From Eledone cirrhosa (Eukaryota), in assembly GCA_964016885.1 (NCBI GenBank), contig OZ024762.1, forward strand, positions 26,226,001 through 26,290,000: DNA of 64,000 bases, given 5' to 3'. Under the pieces are notes generated by a model that was not told the DNA's origin, made no database searches, and was given only the letters and a program-made list of their open reading frames with translations. The position numbers and the translations under genes are program-made. Positions 13,665-29,114 of the stretch are shown here, one piece after another. Within the stretch, counting starts at the first letter, position 1. The number at the start of each line of letters is the position of its first letter.

Positions 13665-13802
13665 GTGTCCGAAGGAGCCTGCAGCCGTAGAATCAACCAG
13701 ATCGAAACAGTGATCATGTCTCGAGCTACTTGCCGGCGAAACAATTGTAACATGCAATAAACTGAGTCCAGATGTATAACTGATTTTTCGTTTTTTTTAT
13801 AC

Positions 13803-13946
<144 letters not shown>

Positions 13947-14771
13947 TGACGTAAAATAAGAAAATTATAAAAATTAACTTACTTACTAAAATTTCACTCC
14001 AACTAATTAGTTTCTGAAAGGGAATAAACATGGTTTTTCAAATGGAAAGCATGGGTAAGGCGTTTCGTCATCAGGAAGTCTGTTCTCAGCTAAGATACCT
14101 GGCGATGCGTGGACACAGGGAACTTATACAAAAGTAATCCAGTGGATGGAAAAAAGCAAGCGTGGACTAAATTCCAAGACATTGAAAAAATCACTGCCTA
14201 CTTGGTCGGTGACAAATTCAAAAGAATCAATCACGTGACATCGAGGTTAATCAGTGAGGAGTGGGGTGTTAAAAAGACAGTAGCCAATGAACTATAGTAG
14301 CAGTTTTGGCAAATTTTTGCTCAACAAAATAATTTGCAGATAATTATAAAGTATTAGTATATCTACCAACATATATATACAGATGCATACCTATGCTAGC
14401 AAATATATAGCTTTTGTCTTAGGCTAAAAACCTATTTGTTTTTGTCTATTAGTCAAGTAATTTCCTCCTCTGTGATAGTGTTGTTGCTATTACAGCTTCT
14501 GTATGTAGTTATAGCAAGATATACATTAACTGTACCACTTCCTGCGACCACAACAAAAGATGAGAAAGTTACGACAGTTGGACCAAATGTATATCTCATT
14601 ATTCACCGGTTAAAACCTGCAATAAAGCAATATCGTGTATATATTCAACGAAGGAGTTTTGATAAGGAACCATATGGTCCATAACGCAGCAGAGTACTCA
14701 ATACTTAGGGGAGTAGAGTGTGTCATGCATTTTCGTATATATATATGTATGTATATGCATATACATTTGGT

Positions 14772-14851
<80 letters not shown>

Positions 14852-14882
14852 CATATATATATGTATATATATATATATATAT

Positions 14883-15226
14883 ATCAACATATGTTAACCT
14901 TGGTCTTCCTCTTCTAGTGTGTCCATGTAGGGGCTCCCAAAGGAGCACTGAGTGCAATGTCAACTCTGGATGTCGGTGAGCATGTCCAGCCAACCTCAGT
15001 CTCCTCTGTGTCACTTTTGAGCTGACTTTTGGGATGCTCCCATACAGCTCTGAGTTTTTCATCCTCAATGTATACTGATTAATGTTCAGAGCCATCCTCA
15101 GCATTCTCGTTGATGCCCTAAGGACAGACACTGGTCTGTTGGAGATGCAGGATATGGCAGCGATAATGAGGGACAGAGACCGCTGGAGAGAACTCGTCCA
15201 TGGATCTCGGGAATTTTACCCGCCTT

Positions 15227-15228
<2 letters not shown>
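14883..15228 (+). mobile_element. RTE-clade LINE 3' fragment with inverted 5' part
   Basis: Minus 15108-14883 reads RMLRMAL...RRLRLAGHAHRH...RRGRPRLTYVD. Plus 15109-15228 continues VDALRTDTGL...MRDRDRWRELV...*. Confidence 0.85.
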
Positions 15229-15312
<84 letters not shown>

Positions 15313-15462
15313 TGTTATACTTTGGGAGGGTCATGTTGCCAATAAGGAACACACGCACCAGTTGCTTTCACTTCAATTTATTATAATAAATTTATAAATG
15401 GAAGAATTTATAAATTTCAGGTTGGTTGGTTGGTTCCACAACCGGATGGTTGTTTATATATT

Positions 15463-15505
15463 GTCAAAGTTCTTTCGTCACACATTATGTGACCTCTTCG
15501 GTGAC
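15463..15505 (-). ncRNA. Hammerhead of inverted pLTR, U4C core (CCGAAGA)
   Basis: Reverse-complement counterpart of 18857-18899. Confidence 0.6.
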
Positions 15506-18500
15506 TGGGGATTCTTTTCTTTGTTTTTGTGCCTCTCCTTTGTTCTGTCCTACGCCATTTTGTTTCTGCGTGTGTGTTGTGTGCTCGGTCTGCGCATGCG
15601 CCACATCCGGGTGTCTGCGTGTGTTTATATTCGTTTATTTATTTGTTTATTTACATGTTACAGGTTGGTTGTTTGTTCTATGTGCGTGTGTGTTTTCATT
15701 TTGTCCTTACTTGTAAGTTGTGATGTTGCTGTTCCACTCATGTTTTCTATTTAATTTTGGTTGTAATTCTTTTATGTTTATTGCCTCTGTGATTTGTCTA
15801 AACATTGCGTCTTTTCTGTGTGTAGATTCTATTTTTATTTCTATGTTCTCTAATTTACCCTTATGTTCTATTTTAGCATGTTGGTAGAGTACAGATGATT
15901 CTTTACTATCTTGAAGGTCTCGCCAGTGTTCATTTATCCGTTCCCCTACACTACGAGCTGTCTCACCTATGTACACTATATTTTTGTCTCTACATTGTCC
16001 TTCAGTACATCTTATTTTATATACTACATTTCTAGTTTTACAGTTAATATGGGGGCTTGATTTACAGGTTATACATTTCTTATCTGTACAGGGGGGTCTT
16101 TGAAAAGGGTATGTCTTACTAATAAGTGTTTTTACGGAGGTACCTGGTCTTTCTACTATCTTAATATTGAGTTTATGTTTATCGAGGGCCCTTCTAAATT
16201 TGTAAGTTAATTCACCTCTAGGGGTTGTATCGATGAACATTACACTCTGGTATTTATTGCTATCATACCATGAGTTTATTCTATTCGCCTTATTCCTAGT
16301 TCTTTCTATTCTATTCCAAAATTTGCTCCTATACAAGGGTTGCATTGCCTGGATGTAGTTTGGCAGACTGTCAACCGACTTTCTGGCAGACTTGTCTGTT
16401 GGAAAGCATGCTATCTCTCCATTACGCGAGCGTTGCATGAGCTTACGCAAGCCATTTGAAGATTTTTCTGCCAGTTGCTGGGCCTCCATTCTATTATGCT
16501 TCTTGCTATACTGTTCTATAATATTTCTAAGTTCAGATCTAGCTATACTAAATTGTGCTTCTGTTTCCAACAGACAAGTCTGGCAGAATGTCGGTTGACA
16601 GTCTGCCAAACTACATCCAAGCAATGCAACCTCACATCACTAACACAAGAGAAATAACACCACAAGAACATTAGGATAGAGAAAAAGCCCTCAATGCCCA
16701 CATGGTGATGTGGACGAATATAATGCAGCCCAACAAAAGGATTGCCAACAACTTCCAGGCCTGGAACAATGACGTGCCGGCGTTGTATGGGCTTCGAAAA
16801 GACCATAAAACGGGCAGTGACCCTGTCACGGGACCACCAACACGACCAGTCTGTGGAGCTAACATTACTAGTAACTACAGACTGTCCTACTTCCTCTCCC
16901 TGATCATACGCCCCATCATTGAAATGTCCCCAGATATATGTGACAGCACGGAGGACCTCCTCAGCAGAATCGGCGAGAGTAACCGATCTAGGGACCTAAC
17001 AAACTGCATAATAGGTAGTATGGATGTTGAGTCCCTGTATCCATCTATTGACGTGGATTTTGCTGTGGAGAAATGCGTAGAAATGATCAGTGAGAGCAAT
17101 GTTGAGTTCCGTGGGATTGATACCGGTGAGCTGGGACTTCTACTTAAGCTTACCTATAGTAATACTTACCTAGACACATATGACCTTAGCAACCTGTGCC
17201 CTACAAGACCAGCAAAAGGCAGACCACCTACCATTACCTCAATGGCCAAGAAAACCCACACAGATAGATGGAACGGGTGGACCAGAGCCATACGGACCAC
17301 CCGAAAACCACGATGAACTAAAGAAAATGATTGCACATGCGGTGGGGGCCAGCATAAAATTAACCCTTAAGGAACATATGTTCAAATTTAATGGAAAAAC
17401 ATATGCCCAAGAGGAAGGGGCAGCCATTTGTGTTAGCATTGCAGGCGACATAGCTAACTTATTCATGGTATGGTGGGACAATAGACTTAAACTTAAACTT
17501 AAAGAACAATTATAAGACCCCTTAACCCTGATAATGTACTCCCACTACGTTGATGATATACACATCTTAGTTAAAACACCCCCACTAGAGAACAGTCAGG
17601 AACTAGAGAAAAACACAATGGAGAGCATCCAGCAAATAGCTAACTCCATCCACCAGAGTATTAGAGTTACTATAGACTACCCAAGTAAACACCCCAACCA
17701 TCGATTACCTGTACTAGACACAGAGATCTGGTTAGATACCATTAATAACAAAAAACAAATCCTCCATTCCCATTATGCCAAACCCATGACTTCCAAATAT
17801 CTGATCCACCGAAACTCAGCTGTTTCGGACCATACCAAAATCAACATACTGATTGCGGATTTGGTACGGGTGATGAGAAACGTGTCCCGCATGTGCAACC
17901 CCGAAGAACTAGAGAGACACATACAACACTTCATCCACCGTATGCAGTACTCTGGTTACAATCAGAGAGATAAAATCAGAGTGTATAGAGGAGCCAGAAC
18001 CAAATGGGAAAAAATGGTAAATAATGACACAAATGGGACATGCCCCTTGTATAGGAGCAAATTTTGGAATAGAATAGAAATAACTAGGAATAAGGCTAAT
18101 AGAATAAACTCATGATAGCAATAAATACCAGAGTGTAATGTTCATCGATACAACCCTAGAGGTGAATTAGCTTACAAATTCAGAAGGGCCCTAGATAAAC
18201 ATAAACTCAATATTAAGATAGTAGAAAGACCAGGTACCTCCGTAAAAACACTTATTAGCAAGACATACCCTTGTATAGATAAGAAATGTATAACCTGTAA
18301 TTTAAGCCCCCATATTAACTGTAAAACTAGAAATGTAGTATATAGCATAAGATCTACTGAAGGACAATGTAGAGACAAAAATATAGTGTACATAGGTGAG
18401 ACAGCTCGTAGTATAGGGGAACGGATAAATGAACACTGACGAGACCTTCAAGATAGTAAAGAATCATCTGTACTCTACCAACTTGCTAAAATAGAACATA

Positions 18501-18856
18501 AGGGTAAATTAGAGAACATAGAAATAAAAATAGAATCTACACACAGAAAAGACGCAATGTTTAGACAAATCGCAGAGGCAATAAACATAAAAGAATTACA
18601 ACCAAAATTAAATAGAAAACATGAGTGGAACAGCAACATCACAACTTACAAGTAAGGACAAAATGAAAACACACACGCACATAGAACAAACAACTAACCT
18701 GTAACATGTAAATAAACAAATAAATAAACGAATATAAACACACGCAGACACCCGGATGTGGCGCATGCGCAGACGGAGCACACAACACACACGCAGAAAC
18801 AAAATGGCGTAGGACAGAACAAAGGAGAGGCACAAAAACAAAGAAAAGAATCCCCA

Positions 18857-18899
18857 GTCACTGAAGAGGTCACGGAATGTGTGACGAAAGAACTTTGAC
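18857..18899 (+). ncRNA. Penelope pLTR minimal hammerhead ribozyme
   Basis: GUCA-CUGAAGA-G-GUCAC(GGAAUGU)GUGAC-GAAAGAACUU-UGAC. Confidence 0.75.
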
Positions 18900-19105
18900 A
18901 ATATATAAACAACCATCCGGTTGTGGAACCAACCAACCAACCGGAAATTTATAAATTCCTCAATTTATAAATTTATTATGATAAATTGAAGTGAAAGCAT
19001 CTGGTGCGTGTGTTCCTTATTGGCAATATGACCCTCCCAAAGTATAACAATATCGGTTTCAACACACGTTTTCAGATAAAGAATCTTGCTAAACAAATTC
19101 AGAAA

Positions 19106-19140
<35 letters not shown>

Positions 19141-19143
<3 letters not shown>

Positions 19144-19316
19144 GATATTAACAAATGGAAACTATATTTATAAAACCATATTTATTTCATTATACATATT
19201 TCAAGGACACCAAGTTAAATTATGGTGTGCTTTCATCAGATATTTGTTGAGTGCTTTATATCAGTTATAAAAATATTTGCTTGTTGTATCCCAACAATTT
19301 AAATAGAACTTTTACA
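19141..19316. mobile_element. H1 remnant: inverted hammerhead arm (19183-19242, minus strand) + 3' tail
   Basis: The arm matches 6125-6223 and the tail is the reverse complement of 6030-6101. Confidence 0.7.
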
Positions 19317-19584
19317 TATATATTTATATATATATTCATGCATATATATATATCTTGCTTGATTTCAAAAGCTGGATATTCGCGTCTAACGTTAGTCTAA
19401 CGTTAGTACTATATTGACCAAAACGTGCGAAATCATGAAGCCTCAGTCGTTGTTTTGATTACTCATACGTAGGTGAATGGTCAACCTCCTGGAGAGTGTA
19501 GTGCATGTATCACCAATATAAAAGTTGGTTTCAAAATATTTAGATTTTTGTTCCGTTGTCTCTCGTGTAGATCGTGGATCGCAT

Positions 19585-21105
19585 ATTTCAAAATCATCAT
19601 AATCTTTGGATCAAATTGAGACTGAATATCTTCCTATAAAGTCGCATGTGTCGAAAGGGATGGGGACTCGTTTATTGGCTCCAGCACATTAAATTCGACT
19701 CAATAAAACAGAAAATAAAATATGGTGCGATGATGTACATGTACGAAAGTATACGAAGTAAGTTTTCGAAATTATTCAAGCTGCTTGTTTGGTTCAAAAT
19801 CGTCACAAACCTCGGATCAAATTGAGACACAGAATTTCTTCCTATAAAGTCACAGTTGCAGGGTGGAAGGGCTCGTTTCTTGGCTTCAGTACGTTAAATT
19901 TGGCTCAATAAAACGTAAAACGAAAACAAAATGTGGAGCGATGAAGTACGAACTAAATTTTCAAAGTTATTATAACTGCTTGGTTCAAAATTGTCAAAAT
20001 CCTTGGATCAAATGGAGACACTGAAAGGTCACGGCTGTAGGGCGTGGTGCTCGTTTCTTTACCACCACCTTAAATTAGACTCAATAAACCGGGAAAAAAT
20101 GTGGAGCGCTGAAATACGAACTAAGTTTTCTAAATAATTCTAGCTGCTTGCTTGATTCAAAATCATCAAAGTACTTGGGTCAAATTGCGACACTGAATTT
20201 ATTCGCATAAAGTCCCAGTTGTAGGGCGTATTGCGGAGGTGGATCTCGTTTATTGGCTCCAGCACATTAAATTGGACTCAATAAAGCGTGGAAAATGTGG
20301 AGCGGTGAAGTACATGTAGGAAAGAATACGAACTAATTTTCGATAACATTCTAGCTGCTTTCTTGGTTCAAAATCGTCAAAATCTTTGGATCAAATTGAG
20401 ACACTAAAATCACACAGCTGTAGGGTCTGGAGCACGTTTGTTGGCACGAACACGTTAAATTTGACTCAATAAAGATGGAAAAAAATATGGAGCGAGGAAA
20501 TACGAACTAAGTTTTCGAAATCATTCTTGCTGCTAGCTTGGTTCAAAATCATCAAAATCTTTGGATCAAATTGAGACGTTGAAAAGTGACAGCTGTAGGG
20601 CGTGATGCTCGTGTTTTTACTCCACCACGTTAAATTTGACTCAATAAAGCGGGTAAAAATGTGGAGCGGGGAAATACGAACTAAGTTTCAAAATAATTCT
20701 AGCTGCTTACTTGGTACAAAATCATCAAAAGCCTTGGATCAAATTGAGACGCTGAATTTGTCCGTATAAATTCGCAACTGTAGGCTTAAGATGGAGTCTT
20801 GTTGCTTGGCTCCAGCACGTTAAATTCGACTCAATGAAGCGGAAGAAAGATGTGGAGCGGTGAAATACATGTACGAAAGAATACGAACAAAGTTTTCTAA
20901 ATAATTCTAGTTGCTTGCTTGGTTCAAAATCCCCAAAATCTTTGGATCAAATTCAGACACCGAAATGTCGCAGTTGTACGTTTTGAGGCTGGTTTGTTGG
21001 CTCCAACACGTTAAATTCCACTCAATAAAGCGGAAAAAAATGTGGAGCGCTGAAGTACATGTACCAAAGAATACGAACTAAGTTTGCTAAATCATTCTAG
21101 TTGTT
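19585..21105. repeat. Satellite, about 8 units of 170-210 bp
   Basis: TCAAAATC..CAAAATCTTTGGATCAAATTGAGAC recurs near 19589, 19794, 19985, 20157, 20368, 20543, 20715 and 20923. Confidence 0.9.
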
Positions 21106-21337
21106 TGACCGATTAGTGGTCCGTTTGGTTGAGTTGCAGGTAATGTCTGGACAGGTAGAAATAAACATGTTTTTCAGTTCATGACGCTATGTCTTAACTA
21201 TTCAACCGTTAAAGAATTCTAAGATAAATATATAGAGAGACATTCCACACATATCGAACATTTATTGATTTATCAACTCTACAGTTAACAATGACACATA
21301 TAAACACACACAAGTGTATAAATACACACATACATTC

Positions 21338-21443
<106 letters not shown>

Positions 21444-21491
21444 ATAAATGTGTGTATGTGTGTGTATGAATGTGTTTCTATATGTATATGT

Positions 21492-21534
<43 letters not shown>

Positions 21535-21577
21535 GAGATTTATTTATTTATTTATACACATACATACACACACACAT

Positions 21578-21623
<46 letters not shown>

Positions 21624-21730
21624 AGAGAGAGAGAAAAAGTCAGATAGAGTCAGAGACAGACAGACAGAGAATACGAGAGAGAGAGATAAATATATGTATA
21701 AATACGTATATACATATTTGCAAATATATA

Positions 21731-21800
<70 letters not shown>

Positions 21801-21813
21801 TATATATATATGC

Positions 21814-21876
<63 letters not shown>

Positions 21877-22790
21877 TATATATATATATGTAGGTATGCA
21901 TATGCATACAGAAGTACATTTGATTGCGTGTGTGTATGAACAGTGTACGCGTACTCCAAGGTGCGCGTATATGTAGAGAAGTCCCTTGGTTGTAGAATAT
22001 ATGAAGTAGCAAATGTCCAAGGGCACAGAGGTAAGTTTATAGTCATGGAATTGTGGCTTCACTCTACCAAAGGTATTGAGTACATCTTTATTTTGGTCGT
22101 ACTGTCATCAACAGAAGATAAACAGAGAAGAAAAATGATATTTTTCTCCTTCGCTTGCTTACTCCTTGATATATAATCCACACATATACACACACGTATA
22201 CATACACATATACACACACTTACACACACGCACACATACATACACATACACAGACACTTACACACACATATACACACACATACACACACACTTACACACA
22301 CACACATATACACACACATACACACACACGTACACACCCACACATACACACATACATACATACATACACGCGCGCGCACGAGCACACACACATAAACACA
22401 TACATACACACACACGCACACGCACACATATATATCTATAAATGCAAGCATTTATGTATATATATATATAAATGGGAAAAATGATACTTAAATATAAGTA
22501 TGTAGACGTTTACAAACAAACCGAACATTATATTAAATGTTCGGTAAGCCCATACGTACATATATATATATGTGTACTTGTATTTATATAGATACTACTG
22601 TACGTCTTTATACATATATGTATGTACGTATACATACTTATATTTATATAGGTATATATATATATATATACATATATATGCATGTATATATATATATGTA
22701 TATATATATGTATATATGTAAATATATATATATGCATATATATATGCACATATATATATATATTTATATATATAGTTATATATATATATT

Positions 22791-22821
<31 letters not shown>

Positions 22822-22990
22822 TTATATATTTATATATATATTTATATATATATATGTGCGTGTGTGTGTGTGTGTTTGTCCGCCAATAGATTACATATCT
22901 CTGTATAGCTGTATATATATGCACATACATAAGTGTGCACCCATATATGTATATAGGCACACCTGTACACACACACACACACACACACAC

Positions 22991-23080
<90 letters not shown>

Positions 23081-23366
23081 CAATTATATATATATATACA
23101 AACACATGCACATACATATATATACATTGTTGACTGTTTTCCCTCTCCTCTCCTCTCCTCTCCTTTCCTGCCCCCTTCTCAGGCGATATATTTTGATCGA
23201 TCATATTTCGGTGCGCCATGATGCATATCAAACGTGAAGGAAAAATAATCCAAAGAGGCAGGAGGTTGGAGTCGTCTGCTTCAATGGAAATTCCTGTTGG
23301 GAACTTCTCTTTCCTATCTTTCCTAATCTTCGCGTCCCTTCATTCCTCCAACCCTGGCTTTTTATT

Positions 23367-23401
<35 letters not shown>

Positions 23402-23749
23402 TATATGTATTGTCTGTAATATATGTATATATATCTATCTATGGAGGGGGGAGGGAGCGGTGGTTGTTTTGTGTGTGTGTTTTTTGTGTATTCATAGCAT
23501 TCATAAGTACCAGTGCCCAATATGGCGACTGGTTGTAATTCAATAACGTTGAATGGCAGGATTTCCTCATGGCCTGGCAGAAATGGAAAGAATTTGTTAT
23601 AGGGTCGATAACTCTGCTAATCCTTGTTTAAGTTCTTAACTTAAAAGGGTTAACAATAAGGTATATTTAATGTGCATGAAGGAAATCTGGAAATCTATAG
23701 AATAAGAAGACTATTGGCGTATAAGAGTCTTTATGTGGCTGTGTGTATA

Positions 23750-23871
<122 letters not shown>

Positions 23872-24066
23872 TAAGTATATATATATATATGTATATATAT
23901 TATGTGTATATGTATATATATATATATTATATACACGTATATATGTATACATATATATAAATATGTAGATATGTACATATTATATATATATTTATGTATA
24001 TATACATGTATGTATATATGTGTATATATATATTAATGTATATATATATGTATATATATAAATATA

Positions 24067-24716
24067 TACATTATGAAGAGAGAAGAAACATTAGATATAA
24101 TTAGTAATAAGATATATCATACCTAAGCTGCTTCTATAGTCCCCGACTACGTAGTTTCGTGGCATATTATGAAAAAAACTGTGTTTCTCTCTATATATTG
24201 TTTATAATTCCCTTTGGTCGAGTAACCTTTGAAGTGTAGTGACTGCTGGATAGCTACCATTAATCATACTTCTCGCCTCCTCAAACCACCTCTTCTACGT
24301 CTTTGATATAAATACCCCCTCCACCTCTGTGGTATTTTCTTCAGGGTTATAAGGGGCTTAGCTCTGTTTCTTGACCACTGTATCACGTGACTCTCCCTCC
24401 GCCTTTTCGAGATTCTATATCGCGCATCGCAGGCGTGTTTTGAAACCCTTGATAAGTCGGCAGAACCTCACAAAAACTCTATATCTCTATGATCTAGTGT
24501 TTTTGCATAATATGCCACGAAACTACGTAGTCACGGACTATAGAAGCAGCTTAGCTATGATATATCTTATTACTAATTATATCTAATTCTCTCTTCATAA
24601 TGTATTATATAGCTCTGATACTGAATCAGTCTAATCCATTCGGATTGGTTTGTCCCAGTTATTCATAGAGCAACATCGATTGAGGTTGGCACCACTAACT
24701 CAGGGATATATATGGA
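24067..24716 (+). mobile_element. Fold-back element with 3' tail (family H3)
   Basis: 24067-24180 is inverted against 24497-24604; tail runs to 24716; flanked by (TA)n. Confidence 0.75.
24446..24536 (+). ncRNA. Candidate hammerhead with U3-A8 core and long stem II
   Basis: CCC-UUGAUAA-GUcGGCA...UGCCAC-GAAACUACGUAGUC; palindromic stem III and a GUC site. Confidence 0.55.
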
Positions 24717-24756
24717 TATATTCATGTGTATGTATGTGCCCGCATGTATCTGTGTG

Positions 24757-24793
<37 letters not shown>

Positions 24794-24846
24794 GAACATA
24801 TATATACATATATATATATACATATATACATATATATATACATATA

Positions 24847-24884
<38 letters not shown>

Positions 24885-24894
24885 TATACATATA

Positions 24895-26465
<1,571 letters not shown>

Positions 26466-26494
26466 TATATATATATATATAATATATGTAGTAA

Positions 26495-26690
26495 TAAAGA
26501 CAGTAAATCGTGTGTCTACAGTTACTAGGGTTGAAATACCAGGTTGGTTTGACAAATTTAACCAGATATTAAATTTGTCAAACCAACGTGGTATTTCAAC
26601 CCTCGTAATTGTAGGCACACGATTTACTGTTTATAATGCTCAGTATTTATACGTTGAGCTTGTTAATTACAGGGTATCAAACTCTGCCTT
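26495..26690 (+). mobile_element. Fold-back element with tail
   Basis: 26499-26561 is inverted against 26569-26630; tail to 26690; (TA)n flanks. Confidence 0.65.
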
Positions 26691-26864
26691 ATATATATAT
26701 ATATATAATAGTAGAAGACAGGGAGGTTATATCAGTAGTAGTAAATTCAGTGAAGTTAGTTCCATAACAGTTAATAAACCATTGTCGTGGACACATGTTT
26801 CACCGTTGCAGATCTTCACACTCGGCTGAATGTTTTATAGCCGGGATACACTGTATATATATAT

Positions 26865-27454
26865 ATGGTTCGGTTTCAAGACGCTCGTGGATGCGTCGAC
26901 CCTTCTGGTCAAGGTTGAGCAGGTTTGGCACCATCTTCGTGCAGACTTTCAGCGTGTCCAAATCTTCAGTGAGAATCTTCCAGACGCTGTCCCGATTCAT
27001 GCCCAGCTCATTTGCTATCTGTCGAACACTCAACCGACGATCGCTACGCACCATCTGCCTGAGGCGCTCAATGTTGACCTTAGTCCTCGTTGATGAGGGA
27101 CTTCCGCTCCTGGGGTTATCTTCCACGCCCTCGTGTCCTTCTTTAAACCTCTTGCACCACTCAAAATCTCGTGAGCGTGACATCGTCTCATCTCCATACA
27201 CTTGCTGCAGCAATCGCAGTGCTTCTGACGGAGTTTTCAAGTTTGTTCGTTGCTCTATGCTCATTGCTTGACGACCTGAAACAGAGGACATGTATATAAA
27301 ATTATGAGGAAAAAAGTTTGATCGCTGCAGAGCTAAGATTACAGTTACATACTCCAGGGGGATTACTTTGAAAGAGAAAACTCTTAGTGTGAAGTTTGGG
27401 TTTGAAATAAATCTTTTGTGACATCAGTCCTAGAACTTTTCTGACTCACCTCGT
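26865..27454. mobile_element. Rearranged mariner transposon remnant
   Basis: Minus ORF EQRTNLK...VYGDETMSRS..EWCKRFKEG...PRSGSP...DRRLSV...KMVP is a mariner N-terminus. Plus 27358-27372 encodes the C-terminal GDYFE, followed by a TIR ending CTCACCTCG-TA. Confidence 0.85.
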
Positions 27455-27479
27455 ATATATATATATATATATATATTGA

Positions 27480-27745
27480 GTATATGTTGGTTGTTTACCG
27501 ACACCTCAGTATGTAGATTGGAGAACTCGACGAGGTAAGCAGTTTGGTTTGTTTACTCCGGAGTAATGTAAAATAATTAAGTCAAATAGGCAAAATTTGG
27601 CTTCGTTTATTATAAATTATAGATATACTGCTATATATATTTCGGTCACAGTCATAATTGGCGGTTACCGAAATATATATTGCAGTATATTTATAATTTA
27701 TTATAAACATAGCCAAATTTTACCTATTTGACTTAATTATGTTTA
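27480..27745 (-). mobile_element. Fold-back element with tail on the left
   Basis: 27569-27646 is inverted against 27677-27745; the tail junction GTTTAC..GGAGTAATG resembles 41795-41813. Confidence 0.6.
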
Positions 27746-27771
27746 TACATATATATGTATATATATATATG

Positions 27772-27815
<44 letters not shown>

Positions 27816-28029
27816 TGTTCCAAATTGAAGGATGAGTATTTTAAACTTTATTTTACCATGAGTTAAGACTCTATTGATTTTTCCCTGGATTTCACTAAAT
27901 TCTGTTGGATAAATCATGATGTTAAACTAGCCTGCTTTTAAATTCCCTTTTTGGCATATTAATCAGTGAGATTTTGGCTATCGTGTTTAGCTCTGCTGAC
28001 GATCGAATTCCAACCGTGACCATCGCCGC

Positions 28030-28352
28030 TGAAAGTTCTTTCGTTGCACATCTGCAACATCGGCAGTGGTGCTATTATGTTTCCTCCTGTTGCAGATGTG
28101 CAACGAAAGAACTTTGTTTGACTATATATATGTGTTTGTGTCTATATTTTTGACCGTTGGTCAGTCAATGGTAAACATTGAGGACCGAAAAAATTAAATT
28201 AACCGATATAAAAGATACAGAAGCAAAAACCAACCAAACAGTGAGTGTGTTCTGTTATTAATTCTGGCAATATTATTACAACAATATGACCCTACCCAAG
28301 TATAACAATATTTGTTTCGACACACGATTTCATATCAAAAACCTCGCAATAC
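28030..28352 (+). mobile_element. Penelope subfamily B pLTR remnant with short inversion at the hammerhead
   Basis: GTTGCAGATGTGCAACGAAAG occurs in both orientations; ends with the pLTR terminus and tail. Confidence 0.7.
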
Positions 28353-28455
<103 letters not shown>

Positions 28456-28788
28456 TCTGGAAGCGTCGAAAATATCGTAAGAGGGTTAAGCGCGTTGCAA
28501 GACAAAGATGCGAAAACATTTTAGGAAAAAATGTTTTGATAACTTAAAAACAAAGGTTGGTGTGAAAAAATTACTAATGTTAGTGAGATGGTTGAAAGAT
28601 TAAAACACAGGGACCGGAGCTGCTAAAAAATACTTTAGTTTATCTGCGGAGGAGAGAATAAGTAAGAAGTATGATAGATAAACATTTTGTAAAATGGTTG
28701 TACATAAATACATAATACATTTATATATGTGTATAATTATATGTATATGCATATATACATATATGTGTATATATATATGTATATATAT

Positions 28789-28843
<55 letters not shown>

Positions 28844-29035
28844 ACAAATGATATATATAAATACACATATATATATATAATATATATATTTATATATACA
28901 TATATATATATACACAGATACATGCATGCCTACACATATATTTATTGAGACACAATACATATAAACTTATATATATAAAAATGTATGTGTTCATTTATAT
29001 ATATATATAATTAGAATTTATATATATATACCGAC

Positions 29036-29114
<79 letters not shown>

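Larger units (their letters stand above)
15311..19108 (+). mobile_element. Penelope-like element, subfamily A (decayed RT + GIY-YIG) with about 1-kb inverted 3' copy upstream
   Basis: RT motifs GSMDVESLYPSI, QEEGAAI and YVDDI (16702-18115, frameshifted). GIY-YIG VVYKIRC...VYIGETARSVGERINEH is intact in the inverted arm 15707-16340. 15311-16340 is the reverse complement of about 18045-19051; unique tail 19052-19108. Confidence 0.92.

Noticed and set aside
14057-14078. CUGAUGA-C-GAAAC on the minus strand
   Set aside because: No stem II or stem I; at best a deleted relic.
15707-16624. Stand-alone 305-aa GIY-YIG nuclease gene
   Set aside because: A chimera of inverted Penelope segments joined at about 16338 and 16563.
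23490-23660. Unique-looking possible exon
   Set aside because: No consistent frame with splice sites and no recognisable homology.
26786-26823. Hammerhead-like motif GUG-UGAAGA...GAAACAUGUGUC-CAC (similar at about 29685)
   Set aside because: It lacks C3 and has a weak stem II, so I did not call it a ribozyme.
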